Shown in pieces: positions 19,760 to 30,054 of a DNA stretch of 64,000 bases. Positions within the stretch are counted from its first letter, which is position 1, and each line of letters begins with the position of its first letter. The stretch is from an uncultured Desulfosarcina sp. GTDB taxonomy: Bacteria; Desulfobacterota; Desulfobacteria; Desulfobacterales; JAFDCJ01. The DNA lies in assembly GCA_964435765.1 (NCBI GenBank), contig CAYTBC010000001.1:18547-82546 (forward strand). Reading direction: 5' to 3'. A program made the translations under genes and the position numbers. Under the pieces are notes generated by a model. It ran no database searches. It was not told the DNA's origin and saw nothing but the letters and a program-made list of their open reading frames with translations.

Positions 19760-20755
19760 TCATTTCGACCTCGAAAATACATCGTCCTGCAGCTCCGCCA
19801 GCATCCCGCCTTTCAAACAATGGTATCCCGCGGCTGCAATCATGGCTGCATTGTCCCCGCACAGGTCCAACGAAGGGATATAGACCTTGATCCCATATGA
19901 CTCGGCATCAGTTCGAAGCTTATTTCTTAATCGGCTATTGGCGGCCACGCCTCCCACCAAGGCAACCTCTTTGCACCCTTTTTTTAGAGCCGCTCCGATT
20001 ACCTTGTATGAAAGAACTTCTAGGACCGCTTCCTGAAATCCGGCTGCGATATCCGCAATCTGCTCTATGTATTGATCTTGATGATGGGAAATATACCGCT
20101 GAACGGCTGTTTTAATTCCGCTGAAGCTGAAGTCAAAGCTGGATTTGTCCAAGTAGGGTCGCGTAAATTCAACTCTGGCGGGGTCCCCTTCTTTTGCAAG
20201 GCGGTCAATGATACCGCCGCCCGGGTAACCCAAATCCAGCATCTTGGCAACCTTATCAAATGCTTCGCCGGCCGCATCATCCCGGGTTTGTCCCATCAAT
20301 TCAGCCGTCGTATGGCCGGTCACATAGTAAATGCTCGTGTGACCGCCGGATACCAAAAGTGCCACAAAAGGAAACGACGGCGGATCCGGCTCCAGAAAAA
20401 CTGAATTGATATGGCCTTCCAGATGATTCACCCCCACCCAGGGAATGCCCAATCCATACGCCATCGACTTGGCAAACGAAAACCCCACCAGCAAGGCACC
20501 GACCAGGCCGGGGCCTTGGGTAACCGCAATGGCATGTATGCCGGGTAACGGCAGTCCTGCTTCAGACAATGCTTGGTCGACCACCGGCACGATGGATTCA
20601 ATGTGTTTGCGCGAGGCCAATTCGGGCACAACGCCGCCGTAGCGATGGTGAATCCTTACCTGCGAGGAGACTATCGAGGACAAGACGGTGGCGCCGTCTT
20701 TGACGACGGCCGCAGCAGTTTCATCGCAAGAAGTTTCGATTCCTAAGATGATCAT
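19760..20755 (-). CDS. tsaD: tRNA N6-adenosine threonylcarbamoyltransferase
   Basis: GIETSCDET, HLEGH, SGGHT, DDAAGE. Confidence 0.97.
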   Translation of the reverse strand: MIILGIETSCDETAAAVVKDGATVLSSIVSSQVRIHHRYGGVVPELASRKHIESIVPVVDQALSEAGLPLPGIHAIAVTQGPGLVGALLVGFSFAKSMAYGLGIPWVGVNHLEGHINSVFLEPDPPSFPFVALLVSGGHTSIYYVTGHTTAELMGQTRDDAAGEAFDKVAKMLDLGYPGGGIIDRLAKEGDPARVEFTRPYLDKSSFDFSFSGIKTAVQRYISHHQDQYIEQIADIAAGFQEAVLEVLSYKVIGAALKKGCKEVALVGGVAANSRLRNKLRTDAESYGIKVYIPSLDLCGDNAAMIAAAGYHCLKGGMLAELQDDVFSRSK

Positions 20756-21145
20756 AACGTATTGAATATTAAATGTTGTCTATTAAAATTGGAGGTGTTC
20801 CGGCATCTTATTTTGCGGTTATTTTGGCGGATTCAATAATTTCGCCATCGGCCGAGCATCTGTCGCTTCGAGGTTTCGAAGGGCGGACCTATTTTGAGGA
20901 TCATCATTTGATAATTTGAAAATTAAAGTTGCAAGGGTTCCTTAAGTGTTCAATCTTTATTCGAAAATTTTCAATTCTTTTTTCCCGGCACCTTCCTGGT
21001 GCCGACATTACGGCCGCCTCAGCCGGTGCAGGATAAATTGCCCTCCTGGCCTTTGGCAAGCCAGGCGAAAAACTTTGAAAACCGGGAAAATATTTTGGCA
21101 ACCAATGGTTTTTTCTCAGCAGCGGTCATATTTTATCTCCTGAAA

Positions 21146-22189
21146 CTATTCCCAAATTATCCGATTCTTGGAATCTTTGCATTCCAGGATTTCACCGATT
21201 AAATAGGCCTTTTCGTTCACCGCGTCCAACCTTTGCAGGACATCGGCGGTGGCGTCCGGCGGAACAATGGCAACCATGCCGATTCCGTTGTTAAAGGTGC
21301 GTCGCATTTCCATTTCTGAAACCTTGCCGGCCTGCTGCAAAAATTTAAAAATAGGAGGGGCATCCCAAATTCCGGTTTGAATCAAAATATTGCAGGCCTT
21401 CGGAACGATCCGCAATACATTGTCTGCGATTCCGCCGCCGGTGATGTGCGCAAGTCCGTGAACCGGCAAATCCTTTAATATGCTCAAAATGGGTTCAACA
21501 TAAATCCTCGTGGGGGTCAGCAACTCTTCGCCCAGGGTTTGGCCGAACTCCTCCACATAATCGTCGATTTTCATTTTGAGAATTTCGAAACAGATTTTGC
21601 GAACCATTGAATAGCCGTTGCTGTGCAAGCCGCTTGAGGCAATGCCGATCAGGCGGTGTCCCACCCGAACCTCGGTGCCGTCGACAATTTTGCTGTTGTC
21701 GACGATGCCGACGGCAAAGCCCGCCAGATCATATTCGTGGCCCGTGTAAAACCCCGGCATTTCGGCGGTTTCACCGCCGAGCAAAGCGCACTTCGCCTGC
21801 TTGCAGCCTTCTCCGATCCCCTTTATAATCTCGGCTGCCCGCCGACTGCTCAGATTGCCCATGGCCAGATAGTCCAGAAAGAAAAGCGGTTTGGCTCCCT
21901 GGACGAGAACGTCATTGACACACATGGCCACCAGATCGATACCGACCGTGTCGTGTTTATCAAGCATGAAAGCAATTTTAAGTTTGGTTCCGACGCCATC
22001 AGTCGAACTGACCAAAACAGGCCGGTCTAGATTGGCAAGGTTCAGTGAGAAAAGTCCGCCAAATCCTCCGATTTCCCCCATGACACCTGATATAGAGGTT
22101 TGTTTGGCAATCTCACCGATGGTCGCAATGAGTTTGTTGGCCTTGTCGATATTCACACCGGCATCCGCATAGGTTAACGAATCGGTCAT
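21146..22189 (-). CDS. purM: Phosphoribosylformylglycinamidine cyclo-ligase (AIR synthase)
   Basis: YADAGV, DGVGTK, GGETAEMP, HITGGG; start refined from the RBS. Confidence 0.97.
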   Translation of the reverse strand: MTDSLTYADAGVNIDKANKLIATIGEIAKQTSISGVMGEIGGFGGLFSLNLANLDRPVLVSSTDGVGTKLKIAFMLDKHDTVGIDLVAMCVNDVLVQGAKPLFFLDYLAMGNLSSRRAAEIIKGIGEGCKQAKCALLGGETAEMPGFYTGHEYDLAGFAVGIVDNSKIVDGTEVRVGHRLIGIASSGLHSNGYSMVRKICFEILKMKIDDYVEEFGQTLGEELLTPTRIYVEPILSILKDLPVHGLAHITGGGIADNVLRIVPKACNILIQTGIWDAPPIFKFLQQAGKVSEMEMRRTFNNGIGMVAIVPPDATADVLQRLDAVNEKAYLIGEILECKDSKNRIIWE

Positions 22190-22352
22190 GCTCATCTCCT
22201 GAAGGTGAATGTTGGTATATGTACATGGATTCAAAACTACAAATTGCACTTAGTGAAACAGCGGCTGCTGGATTGATAAAGTTTTGAATCCACATCCAAA
22301 GAAAAGTGCTTGAAATTTAAACTCATTCGGCTTAAAAGTCAAAACAATTTTT

Positions 22353-22381
22353 TTGACTTACACGGATCACAGCGATATTAT
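22353..22381 (+). promoter_or_regulatory. Putative sigma70 promoter of the hom operon
   Basis: TTGACT-N17-TATTAT; a divergent TTGACT-N17-TAAATT for purM lies at 22314-22342. Confidence 0.55.
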
Positions 22382-22463
22382 TTCAGCTTATGTCAATTAA
22401 TTCCGTTTGGATATGACAATTCTGGGATTGATGAACCCTGATAAAAAAGGAGTTTTAGAAACC

Positions 22464-23777
22464 ATGCGAACGATAAATATCGGTCTGCTCGGTTGCGGCA
22501 CGGTTGGAACCGGCGTCGCCAAACTGCTTATTGAAAACAAGGATCTTCTTACCGCGCGGGTCGGCGCACACTTGAACTTGAAATGGGTTGCCGACCTTGA
22601 CCTTGAAACCGATCGGGGTATCCGGCTGCCCGAGGGAGCCTTTATCAGCGATGCCCAGCGAGTCGTCGATGACCCCGAAATAGACATCCTCATCGAAATG
22701 ATCGGCGGCCAAGGCATCGCCAAAGAGCTCATTTTAAAGGCCATTGAAAACGGCAAACACATTGTCACGGCCAACAAGGCCCTTCTAGCCGGCCAAGGCA
22801 ATGAATTGTTTGCCGCAGCAGCGCAAAAGGGTGTCGATCTGGCCTTTGAGGCCAGTGTCGGCGGGTGCATGCCCACCATCAAGTCCATCCGCGAATCGTT
22901 GGTGGGAAATCATATCCAATCAATGAGCGGTATTTTAAACGGAACCTGCAACTATATTTTGTCCAAAATCACGGACGAAGGCCTAACTTTCAAAGCGGCG
23001 TTGGCCCAGGCCCAGGCGCAGGGATATGCCGAGGCCGACCCGACGCTGGACGTTGAAGGGTTTGACACCGCCCATAAACTCGCTATTTTAAACGCCCTGG
23101 CTTACGGCATGGAAATCAATCTCGCCGATGTCTATATCGAAGGAATTTCCAGAATCACGCCGCTGGATATTGCCTTCGCCGAACAGTTCGGTTATCGAAT
23201 CAAACTGCTGGCCATCAGCAAATTTAAAAATGACAGGGTCGAAGCCCGGGTTCATCCCACCATGATTCCGTTCGGCAATCTTTTAACCCACATCGCCGGG
23301 ACCGTCAATGCGCTCACGGTGACCGGCGATGCGGTCGGAGACATTCTGCTGTATGGACACGGCGCCGGCATGATGCCCACGGCCAGTGCGGTTGTCAGCG
23401 ACATTGTCGACATTGCCCGCAACATTTTATCCGGCACATCCCTCAGGATACCGTCACTTTCCTATCAGCGGCAAAATATCCGCAAAATTCCCGTATTACC
23501 GATTGATGACCTGGTGACCCATTATTATTTCAGATTCTCCGCCCTCGACCGTCCCGGCGTACTTTCTTCCATAGCGGGCATCCTGGCCCAATATGACATC
23601 AGCATCCAGTCGGTTCATCAAAAGGGACGCAAGACCAACGGCTCCGTTCCGGTGGTCATGCTCTCCCATCGGGTCAGGGAATCCGATGTGAAAAAAGCCC
23701 TGAGTAAAATCAGCGCACTATCGGTTGTCAAAGACGATCCGGTTCTTATTCGGATCGAAGATGAGGAAATGGATTAA
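22464..23777 (+). CDS. hom: Homoserine dehydrogenase with C-terminal ACT domain
   Basis: GCGTVG, TANKA, FEASVGG, GYAEADP, DRPGVL. Confidence 0.96.
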   Translation: MRTINIGLLGCGTVGTGVAKLLIENKDLLTARVGAHLNLKWVADLDLETDRGIRLPEGAFISDAQRVVDDPEIDILIEMIGGQGIAKELILKAIENGKHIVTANKALLAGQGNELFAAAAQKGVDLAFEASVGGCMPTIKSIRESLVGNHIQSMSGILNGTCNYILSKITDEGLTFKAALAQAQAQGYAEADPTLDVEGFDTAHKLAILNALAYGMEINLADVYIEGISRITPLDIAFAEQFGYRIKLLAISKFKNDRVEARVHPTMIPFGNLLTHIAGTVNALTVTGDAVGDILLYGHGAGMMPTASAVVSDIVDIARNILSGTSLRIPSLSYQRQNIRKIPVLPIDDLVTHYYFRFSALDRPGVLSSIAGILAQYDISIQSVHQKGRKTNGSVPVVMLSHRVRESDVKKALSKISALSVVKDDPVLIRIEDEEMD

Positions 23778-23800
23778 ACTATAAAGGATTAAAAAAAAAT

Positions 23801-24415
23801 ATGGACATCGTGTGCTCGGATCTGGAAGGTATTTTTACACCTGAAATTTGGATTAATGTCGCCGAAATCACCGGGATCGAAGAACTCAGACTCACGACCC
23901 GGGATATAGCCGACTATGACGTCTTGATGAAAAGACGCCTGGCTATTCTGGGAAAACATAACCTGAAACTCGCGGATATCCAGGCGGTTATCGCTCGAAT
24001 GGTGCCCTTGGAGGGGGCGCTTGAATTTTTAAACTGGTTAAGGTCACAGGTGCAGCTCATCATTGTCTCCGACACCTACATTGAATTTGCCGGCCCCTTG
24101 ATGGGAAAACTGGACCGACCGACCCTTTTTTGCAATACGCTTTCAGTTGCCGACGACGGCTCCATCAGCGATTATATTCTGCGCCAGCCGGACGGTAAAC
24201 AAAAGGTCGCCCAAGCCTTGAAAACGCTCAACTATCGGGTCATCGCCATCGGCGACTCATACAACGACATTACGATGCTGCAGACCGCCGACCATGCAAT
24301 ATTGTACCGACCGCCGGATAATGTAAAAGCAGAGTTTGCTGAATTTCCAACAGCCTATAACTACCGCGATTTGAAAGCGCAGCTTCTCAAAGCGCTGAAC
24401 CGGGGGAAGGAATAA
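23801..24415 (+). CDS. thrH: Phosphoserine phosphatase/homoserine phosphotransferase (HAD)
   Basis: DLEG..PEIW, TTRD..DYD.LM, GDSYND. Confidence 0.94.
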   Translation: MDIVCSDLEGIFTPEIWINVAEITGIEELRLTTRDIADYDVLMKRRLAILGKHNLKLADIQAVIARMVPLEGALEFLNWLRSQVQLIIVSDTYIEFAGPLMGKLDRPTLFCNTLSVADDGSISDYILRQPDGKQKVAQALKTLNYRVIAIGDSYNDITMLQTADHAILYRPPDNVKAEFAEFPTAYNYRDLKAQLLKALNRGKE

Positions 24416-24417
24416 CT

Positions 24418-24840
24418 ATGTTTGGCCACCGCACGACCTACCGCGTTATTTACGGGGACACCGACAATATGGGACAGGCCTATTACGGAAACTATTTCCG
24501 CTGGTTTGAAATCGGCCGCAGCGAGATGTTCAGATCCCTGGGCTTTCCCTACAAAGCGGTGGAGGAAAACGGCATTTTTCTGCCGGTTGCCGAATCCCAC
24601 TGCAAATACAAGTTGCCGGCCAAATACGATGATATTCTGGTGATTGAAACCTCCCTTGACACCCGACTCAAAGCCGGAATTAAATTTGACTACCGTATCT
24701 ACAGGGAAGACGGCACGACGCTGATTGCCAAAGGGTACACCAAACACCCCTGCGTCAACCGGCAAGGCAAAGTGGTTCGTCCTCCTAAATTTCTCAAAGA
24801 GGTCATCGCAAAAATCATAGCCGAATCAGAAACCACCTAA
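24418..24840 (+). CDS. Acyl-CoA thioesterase (YbgC/4HBT family)
   Basis: YGDTDNMG.YYGNY..WFE motif. Confidence 0.88.
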   Translation: MFGHRTTYRVIYGDTDNMGQAYYGNYFRWFEIGRSEMFRSLGFPYKAVEENGIFLPVAESHCKYKLPAKYDDILVIETSLDTRLKAGIKFDYRIYREDGTTLIAKGYTKHPCVNRQGKVVRPPKFLKEVIAKIIAESETT

Positions 24841-24852
24841 GTGCTGTGCAAG

Positions 24853-24900
24853 GCGGACGCCTCAAGTTTTAAAATAGTGAACTTGTTTTTTCGTGAACCC
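24853..24900. mobile_element. Partial copy (right end) of the MITE at 58140-58295
   Basis: gcctcaa...gtga.ctt.ttttttcgtgaaccc matches the MITE right end. Confidence 0.6.
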
Positions 24901-24929
24901 TCACCCGGACGAGCCGGAACCAAAAAGGT

Positions 24930-25001
24930 TTCTCGCTAAGACGCAAAGACGCCAAGATTAACTTAATAATTTACCTTTGCGGGCTTTGCGGCTTTGCGAG
25001 A
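24930..25001. repeat. REP-like inverted repeat made of CGCAAAG/CTTTGCG units
   Basis: tctcgctaagacgcaaagacgccaag ... ctttgcgggctttgcggctttgcgaga. Confidence 0.7.
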
Positions 25002-25059
25002 AAATTTTTTATTACAAAATGCACGAATTCAACTTTTAAGGCTCTGGGAGCGACCAACG

Positions 25060-26553
25060 ATGAGCTTAGCTTCGAATTTCGACCTTTCAAATTTTGAAAA
25101 ATGCCGTCTGCTGGTGGTGGGCGATTTGATGATTGATGAATATGTCTGGGGAACTGTGGAGCGCATCTCTCCGGAAGCGCCCGTACAGGTGGTTGAAGTT
25201 CATAATGAAGCATATACCCTGGGAGGCTCGGGCAACGTTGTCAATAATCTGGTGAGCCTGGGTGCCCGGGTGTCCGTCCTCGGCGTTATCGGTGCCGGCC
25301 GCGACGGGGAGCAATTGCTGAACAACTTGAAGGAACTCGGGGTTGATACCCGGGGTGTCATTCAAGAAGCCGGACGGCCCACCACTAAAAAAACCCGCAT
25401 CATTGCCGAGCATCAACAGGTGTTGCGAATCGACCGTGAAACCAAAAAAGAAATCTCGACTCAAACTTATAATGCTCTCACCCGGCTGGCTGCAAGCATG
25501 ATCCCGGATGTGGATGTGATTCTGGTCTCGGATTACGGTAAAGGTCTGATCACCCGCGATCTGTCCGCCGCATTGGTAAAACTTGCCCAAAAGTACGGCA
25601 AATTAACCATTGCCGATCCCAAGGGATTGGACTTTACCAAGTATGCGGGCGTCTCGTTGCTGACCCCCAACAAAAAGGAGGCATCTCTGGCCTCCGGTGT
25701 CGAAATAGTCAATGATAAAAGTCTGTTGGCTGCGGGCCGCAGTTTACTCCAACATTCCGGAATTGAAAAACTTTTGATCACCTGCGGCAAAGACGGCATG
25801 GTGTTTTTTGATTCCGACCACCGGCATATCAAAATCAGCACGAAAGCACGTGAGGTTTATGATGTCTCCGGTGCCGGCGACACCGTCGTTGCGGTGGTGG
25901 GACTCGGCCTCGCCGCGGGTCTGTCCGATCGAGAGGCGGTCCGACTGGCCAACACGGCTGCCGGTATCGTCGTCGGCAAAGTGGGAACGGCAACGGTGAG
26001 CCGCAAGGAACTGGCCGGTGCCCTGCAGCAAACGTCAACCGATACCGTATCAAAAAGCAAATCCTTAAAGGAACTGTCCGAACTCTGCCGCAAATTGCAA
26101 AATGATCGTAAGCGCATTGTTCTGACCAACGGCTGTTTCGACCTGTTGCATGTCGGTCACATCAAACTGTTTACAGCCTCCAAACTGCTGGGCGATGTGC
26201 TGATTGTTGCCATTGATGACGACGACTCCGTAAAGCGCCTGAAAGGGGCCGACCGGCCGGTGATCAGTTCGGCGGAGCGCGTGGGAATCCTCAGCGCCCT
26301 GGACAGCGTGGATTTTGTGACGGTTTTTGCCACCCATGAATTGGATAAAATCATTAAATCCATCCGGCCGGACGTATTGACCAAAGGCAGCAACTATGAA
26401 TCGGAAACCGTGGAAGGACGCGAAATTGTCGAAGGATACGGCGGACGAGTGGAATTAATTCCCATCACAGCGGACATCTCTTCCTCCCAAATCATTAACA
26501 ATATTAAAAACAAATTTACTGAAAAATCAGCCCAAAAAAGGACAGACGATTGA
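25060..26553 (+). CDS. hldE: Bifunctional heptose-7-phosphate kinase / heptose-1-phosphate adenylyltransferase
   Basis: ISPEAPV, SDYGKG, DVSGAGD, then TNGCFDLLHVGH. Confidence 0.95.
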   Translation: MSLASNFDLSNFEKCRLLVVGDLMIDEYVWGTVERISPEAPVQVVEVHNEAYTLGGSGNVVNNLVSLGARVSVLGVIGAGRDGEQLLNNLKELGVDTRGVIQEAGRPTTKKTRIIAEHQQVLRIDRETKKEISTQTYNALTRLAASMIPDVDVILVSDYGKGLITRDLSAALVKLAQKYGKLTIADPKGLDFTKYAGVSLLTPNKKEASLASGVEIVNDKSLLAAGRSLLQHSGIEKLLITCGKDGMVFFDSDHRHIKISTKAREVYDVSGAGDTVVAVVGLGLAAGLSDREAVRLANTAAGIVVGKVGTATVSRKELAGALQQTSTDTVSKSKSLKELSELCRKLQNDRKRIVLTNGCFDLLHVGHIKLFTASKLLGDVLIVAIDDDDSVKRLKGADRPVISSAERVGILSALDSVDFVTVFATHELDKIIKSIRPDVLTKGSNYESETVEGREIVEGYGGRVELIPITADISSSQIINNIKNKFTEKSAQKRTDD

Positions 26554-26610
26554 CAGAAACCCCTTGACTACTTAAACTTGATCCTGTAATAGTGGTCTAA
26601 CAAAATTTGA

Positions 26611-26687
<77 letters not shown>

Positions 26688-26697
26688 ACAAAAAAAT

Positions 26698-26736
26698 AAA
26701 GGGCTTGGAAGTCATTCCAAGCCCTTTTCGTTTTTT
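26698..26736 (+). terminator. Intrinsic terminator after the tRNA (probably bidirectional)
   Basis: aaagggcttggaa/ttccaagcccttt stem with flanking A and T runs. Confidence 0.85.
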
Positions 26737-26764
26737 GGTTGCACAGGGTTGATTGATTTAGAAT

Positions 26765-27289
26765 TCAACGCACATCCAAGACCAACGGCAATTTCATTTC
26801 GACCCGGTCTCCGACTTTGACCCCGTGCTGGTCGAACCAGCCCTGATTGACTTCAAGCGCGCAGCTGACCGGTTGCCCGGAGGGATATTCCACATCGGTT
26901 TGGTCTGGGGTCATCTTTTGGATGCTTAAGATTATTCCCGCCGCATCTAGAAAGGCAATCGACAGTGCAATGAACGTATCCTTCATCCAGAAGGTTCTGG
27001 CTCTGAGGTCCTGAAAAACAAACAGCATCCCGTGATCCGGCGGCAGCTGTTGGCGATGGGACAAACCACAGCTGCGCGCAGCGGGGGTGGTTGCCAATTC
27101 CACTGTCAACTTATAATTTTTAATAGAAACCTCAGCCGTCGGCAGTTCAAAGGGACAAGTCATGGCCTGAACGTCCGGGACCATCAACATGAAAGACCAG
27201 CCCGCAACCATTAACCCGAACCAGGCGACACATCGATGGGTGGTGGCAAAAAAAGGCATTGGGGTCCTTAAATAAAAAGGTTCAAACAA
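26765..27289 (-). CDS. DUF192 family protein; start uncertain
   Basis: VELA.T...R..GL, GMLFVF, FWMKDT.I.LSIAF, ALEVNQG. Confidence 0.88.
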   Translation of the reverse strand: MFEPFYLRTPMPFFATTHRCVAWFGLMVAGWSFMLMVPDVQAMTCPFELPTAEVSIKNYKLTVELATTPAARSCGLSHRQQLPPDHGMLFVFQDLRARTFWMKDTFIALSIAFLDAAGIILSIQKMTPDQTDVEYPSGQPVSCALEVNQGWFDQHGVKVGDRVEMKLPLVLDVR

Positions 27290-27451
27290 CTGCTAACACG
27301 GCAATAATTATTTAGACAATGAATGGATTCGCTTATATTTTTTTTATTAATCGACAGGATTTATTTGAATTTTGGTCATTCGATTTTGTTTCGAATTTCG
27401 TGCTTCGACATTTGAATTTTTAACTGTTACCCATCCGGTGGTTCGATGCCC

Positions 27452-28336
27452 TCATTCAGGTGGTGGTGCGACCACCTGCTCATAGGGGTGGCGTCGGGTT
27501 AGCAGCCCGGCATGTTCAAAGACATCGAGGGCATTGTCATAGAGATCTTTGGGAATCTGAATATCCCCGTCCCAGGTTCCCATCTGCTGGTAAGCCGCAA
27601 TCGCCCGGGCAACGGCGGCCGGGGCCTGATCGGGAAAATACGCTGCCTCCGCTGCGGCAATCGACTCCGGTGCGGCGCTGTTAACCCACGCCCGCGCTGC
27701 CCGGTAGGCGGTGGTAAAGCGCTTGGCCGCTTCGGTTTCCAGCCATTCCCAGCGGCATATCAGGGACGAAAAGGCCACCGGACCCACGGCATCTCCCACC
27801 GCAGCCACCACCTGGGCGCAGCCCTCGTGCGCCAACTGCTGGGGGTAAGCCCCCTGCTCATGAAAATAATCACCCTCCCCCTTGCGCCAGGCAGCCATCA
27901 TTTCAGCGGTTGAAGGTTTATGAATGCCTTTGACGTCGTGCAGATCAATCCCCATCCGGTGGGCAGCGTAGCCCAGCATAATTTCAGGCTGTCCGCCGTG
28001 AACATACATGAATGCCCCGGACGTGAGCTTTTCCCAGGAAAAGCGACTGTCAGGCTCTCGGGCGGCGATAAAAAATCCATCCCGGGTGTTGATCTGCGCA
28101 AACTGAGCCACGGCGGGCTGTTGACCCTTTTCAAGATCATGCCAACTCAATGACACCGCCGCCTGGGCCACATCTACCCTCCCAGATGACACTTCTGCGA
28201 TGATGGATGCGCCGGAGGGCAGCACCTCGTATGATCCGGTCAACCCCTCCTTTTCCAAAAATCCGCCGGCAATTACTGCAATCAGAGGACTGTAAAAAGC
28301 CGAGTGTCTAAAGACCATAAATTTAGTGGCTGTCAT
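27452..28336 (-). CDS. NMT1/THI5-like substrate-binding-fold protein
   Basis: SAFYSPL..GGFLEKEGL, RDGFF motifs; GAGG RBS. Confidence 0.75.
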   Translation of the reverse strand: MTATKFMVFRHSAFYSPLIAVIAGGFLEKEGLTGSYEVLPSGASIIAEVSSGRVDVAQAAVSLSWHDLEKGQQPAVAQFAQINTRDGFFIAAREPDSRFSWEKLTSGAFMYVHGGQPEIMLGYAAHRMGIDLHDVKGIHKPSTAEMMAAWRKGEGDYFHEQGAYPQQLAHEGCAQVVAAVGDAVGPVAFSSLICRWEWLETEAAKRFTTAYRAARAWVNSAAPESIAAAEAAYFPDQAPAAVARAIAAYQQMGTWDGDIQIPKDLYDNALDVFEHAGLLTRRHPYEQVVAPPPE

Positions 28337-28679
28337 CGGGTCACCTCATGAAAAATGAGCATCGATTATCTATTTACCGGAACGACCTGATTGTCAATAG
28401 ATAATCTGAGACCGCGGCATCCGGCTGCAAGGCCCGGTGTCGCCGCTGAAAGCCGCTCCCGATTTTAATTTCAACGCCTTTTTCTGAAAAACCGGTTGGG
28501 TTCGGTTTTCATCACCGGCCATCCCCTGAGAATGTGGTTTCAGACCCACATGATTGTCTTGCTATTTTGAGGATTTTATTATAAAATCAGGACAGTTAGA
28601 AATTATGGTGCTAATAAGGCCAAAACATCCTTTAATCAGCAGTGCTACACCATCAGCGCCTCAATCCGGGGAGGAAATT

Positions 28680-29447
28680 ATGCGGAAATTTGTCTGGTTC
28701 ATCTGTTTTATTCTTATGCTCTGTTTTCCGACGACATCGTTGGCTTTTGGAATCGAGTTTTCCCTGGGGGCGTGGTATGAGAAGCCGAGTGGCACAATAT
28801 CGTTTGATGGAACGACCAACGCCGATGATCTCGATCTTCAAGACGACCTCAATTATAACGATAAATGGCAGCCCAGCGGCCGGCTCAAAATCGATATGCC
28901 CAGTCTGATTCCCAATATTTACTTGATGTATACCGCCATGAAATGGGATGAAACCGGTAGCACAAATGCGAATTTCAGTTTTGGTGGAAAAGATTTCGTT
29001 GGCGGTGTAGATTTTAAATCCGAATTAAAAATGAATCATCTGGATGCCGCGTTTTTTTATGGTTTGCCCTTTTTGCAAACGGCCACCGCGGATGTTCTCA
29101 ATCTCGATCTGGGTCTCAATTTAAGGTTGTTGGATTTTAAGGCCGCAATCGACCAGCAGGACACGGGGATCAAAGAGTCGGAAAGCTACCTTCTGCCGAT
29201 CCCCATGATTTACGCCGGCCTGCAGATTGCGCCGGTAAAATGGATTGCCGCCGAGCTCGAGGGCCGCGGAATCGCCTACGACGCCAACCACTACATCAGT
29301 CTGATCGGAAGATTGAAAGTCAAGCCCTTTGGGCCGCTGTTTGTCGCCGGTGGCTATCGCTACGACAATGTTAAAATCGATTATAAAGACGTCGATGTCG
29401 ATGCCAAATTCACAGGTCCGTTTGCCGAGGTGGGGGTTGATTTTTAA
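28680..29447 (+). CDS. Outer membrane beta-barrel protein (TIGR04219-like)
   Basis: Signal peptide, PSLIPNI, IPMIY, C-terminal Phe (GVDF). Confidence 0.8.
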   Translation: MRKFVWFICFILMLCFPTTSLAFGIEFSLGAWYEKPSGTISFDGTTNADDLDLQDDLNYNDKWQPSGRLKIDMPSLIPNIYLMYTAMKWDETGSTNANFSFGGKDFVGGVDFKSELKMNHLDAAFFYGLPFLQTATADVLNLDLGLNLRLLDFKAAIDQQDTGIKESESYLLPIPMIYAGLQIAPVKWIAAELEGRGIAYDANHYISLIGRLKVKPFGPLFVAGGYRYDNVKIDYKDVDVDAKFTGPFAEVGVDF

Positions 29448-29577
29448 CTCCAACGGCGACGGCGTTATCTGGGTTGATACGAATTGTTGGGTCGATTATG
29501 GATGTATTCGGCTAAACGCATCACGGATTTGATGCTTCCTTTGTTGGGTTGGTTGGATTCGAAAAGGAGTTATCTTT

Positions 29578-29916
29578 ATGTCAGGCCCCAAATCACCATT
29601 TCATCCTCGGCCGAGCGATCGACGCTCCCGACTCGACCGCCGATGGATAAAAGCACAATATAACGGTCCGGAAAGACGCCGCGGCAAAGACCGGCGATCG
29701 GAAATTGAACTCAAAGACCTTAATAAAGATCTGCCGGTGCCGGAGGATTTTGAACCGCGAAAAACCGCTGGATTCGAAAAACTGCTGGTCTCCAACACGA
29801 TTCAATTGGAAGCCCTTACCCGAGTGCTGCTGGATAAGGGGGTTGTTTTAGAAGACGAACTGCTAACCATGATGCAGTCGGTTCAATCGGAATATCAGCG
29901 CAATACCGAAAGCTGA
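29578..29916 (+). CDS. Small protein with Arg-rich DRR/ERR repeats and a C-terminal helical domain
   Basis: AAGGAG RBS; SDRRSRLDRR..YNGPERRRGKDRRS; QLEALTRVLLDKGV. Confidence 0.75.
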   Translation: MSGPKSPFHPRPSDRRSRLDRRWIKAQYNGPERRRGKDRRSEIELKDLNKDLPVPEDFEPRKTAGFEKLLVSNTIQLEALTRVLLDKGVVLEDELLTMMQSVQSEYQRNTES

Positions 29917-30054
29917 TTTTGTAAGCCGGAAGCCGGAACAAAAAACCTGCCCCAAAAACTCACCTTAATTGCAGAAATAAAAATAAGACTAATATTATCG
30001 ATGACAGTATGGTAAGCAATAGGTTCAAATAAATTTCTTCAAGGAGCATCCAAC

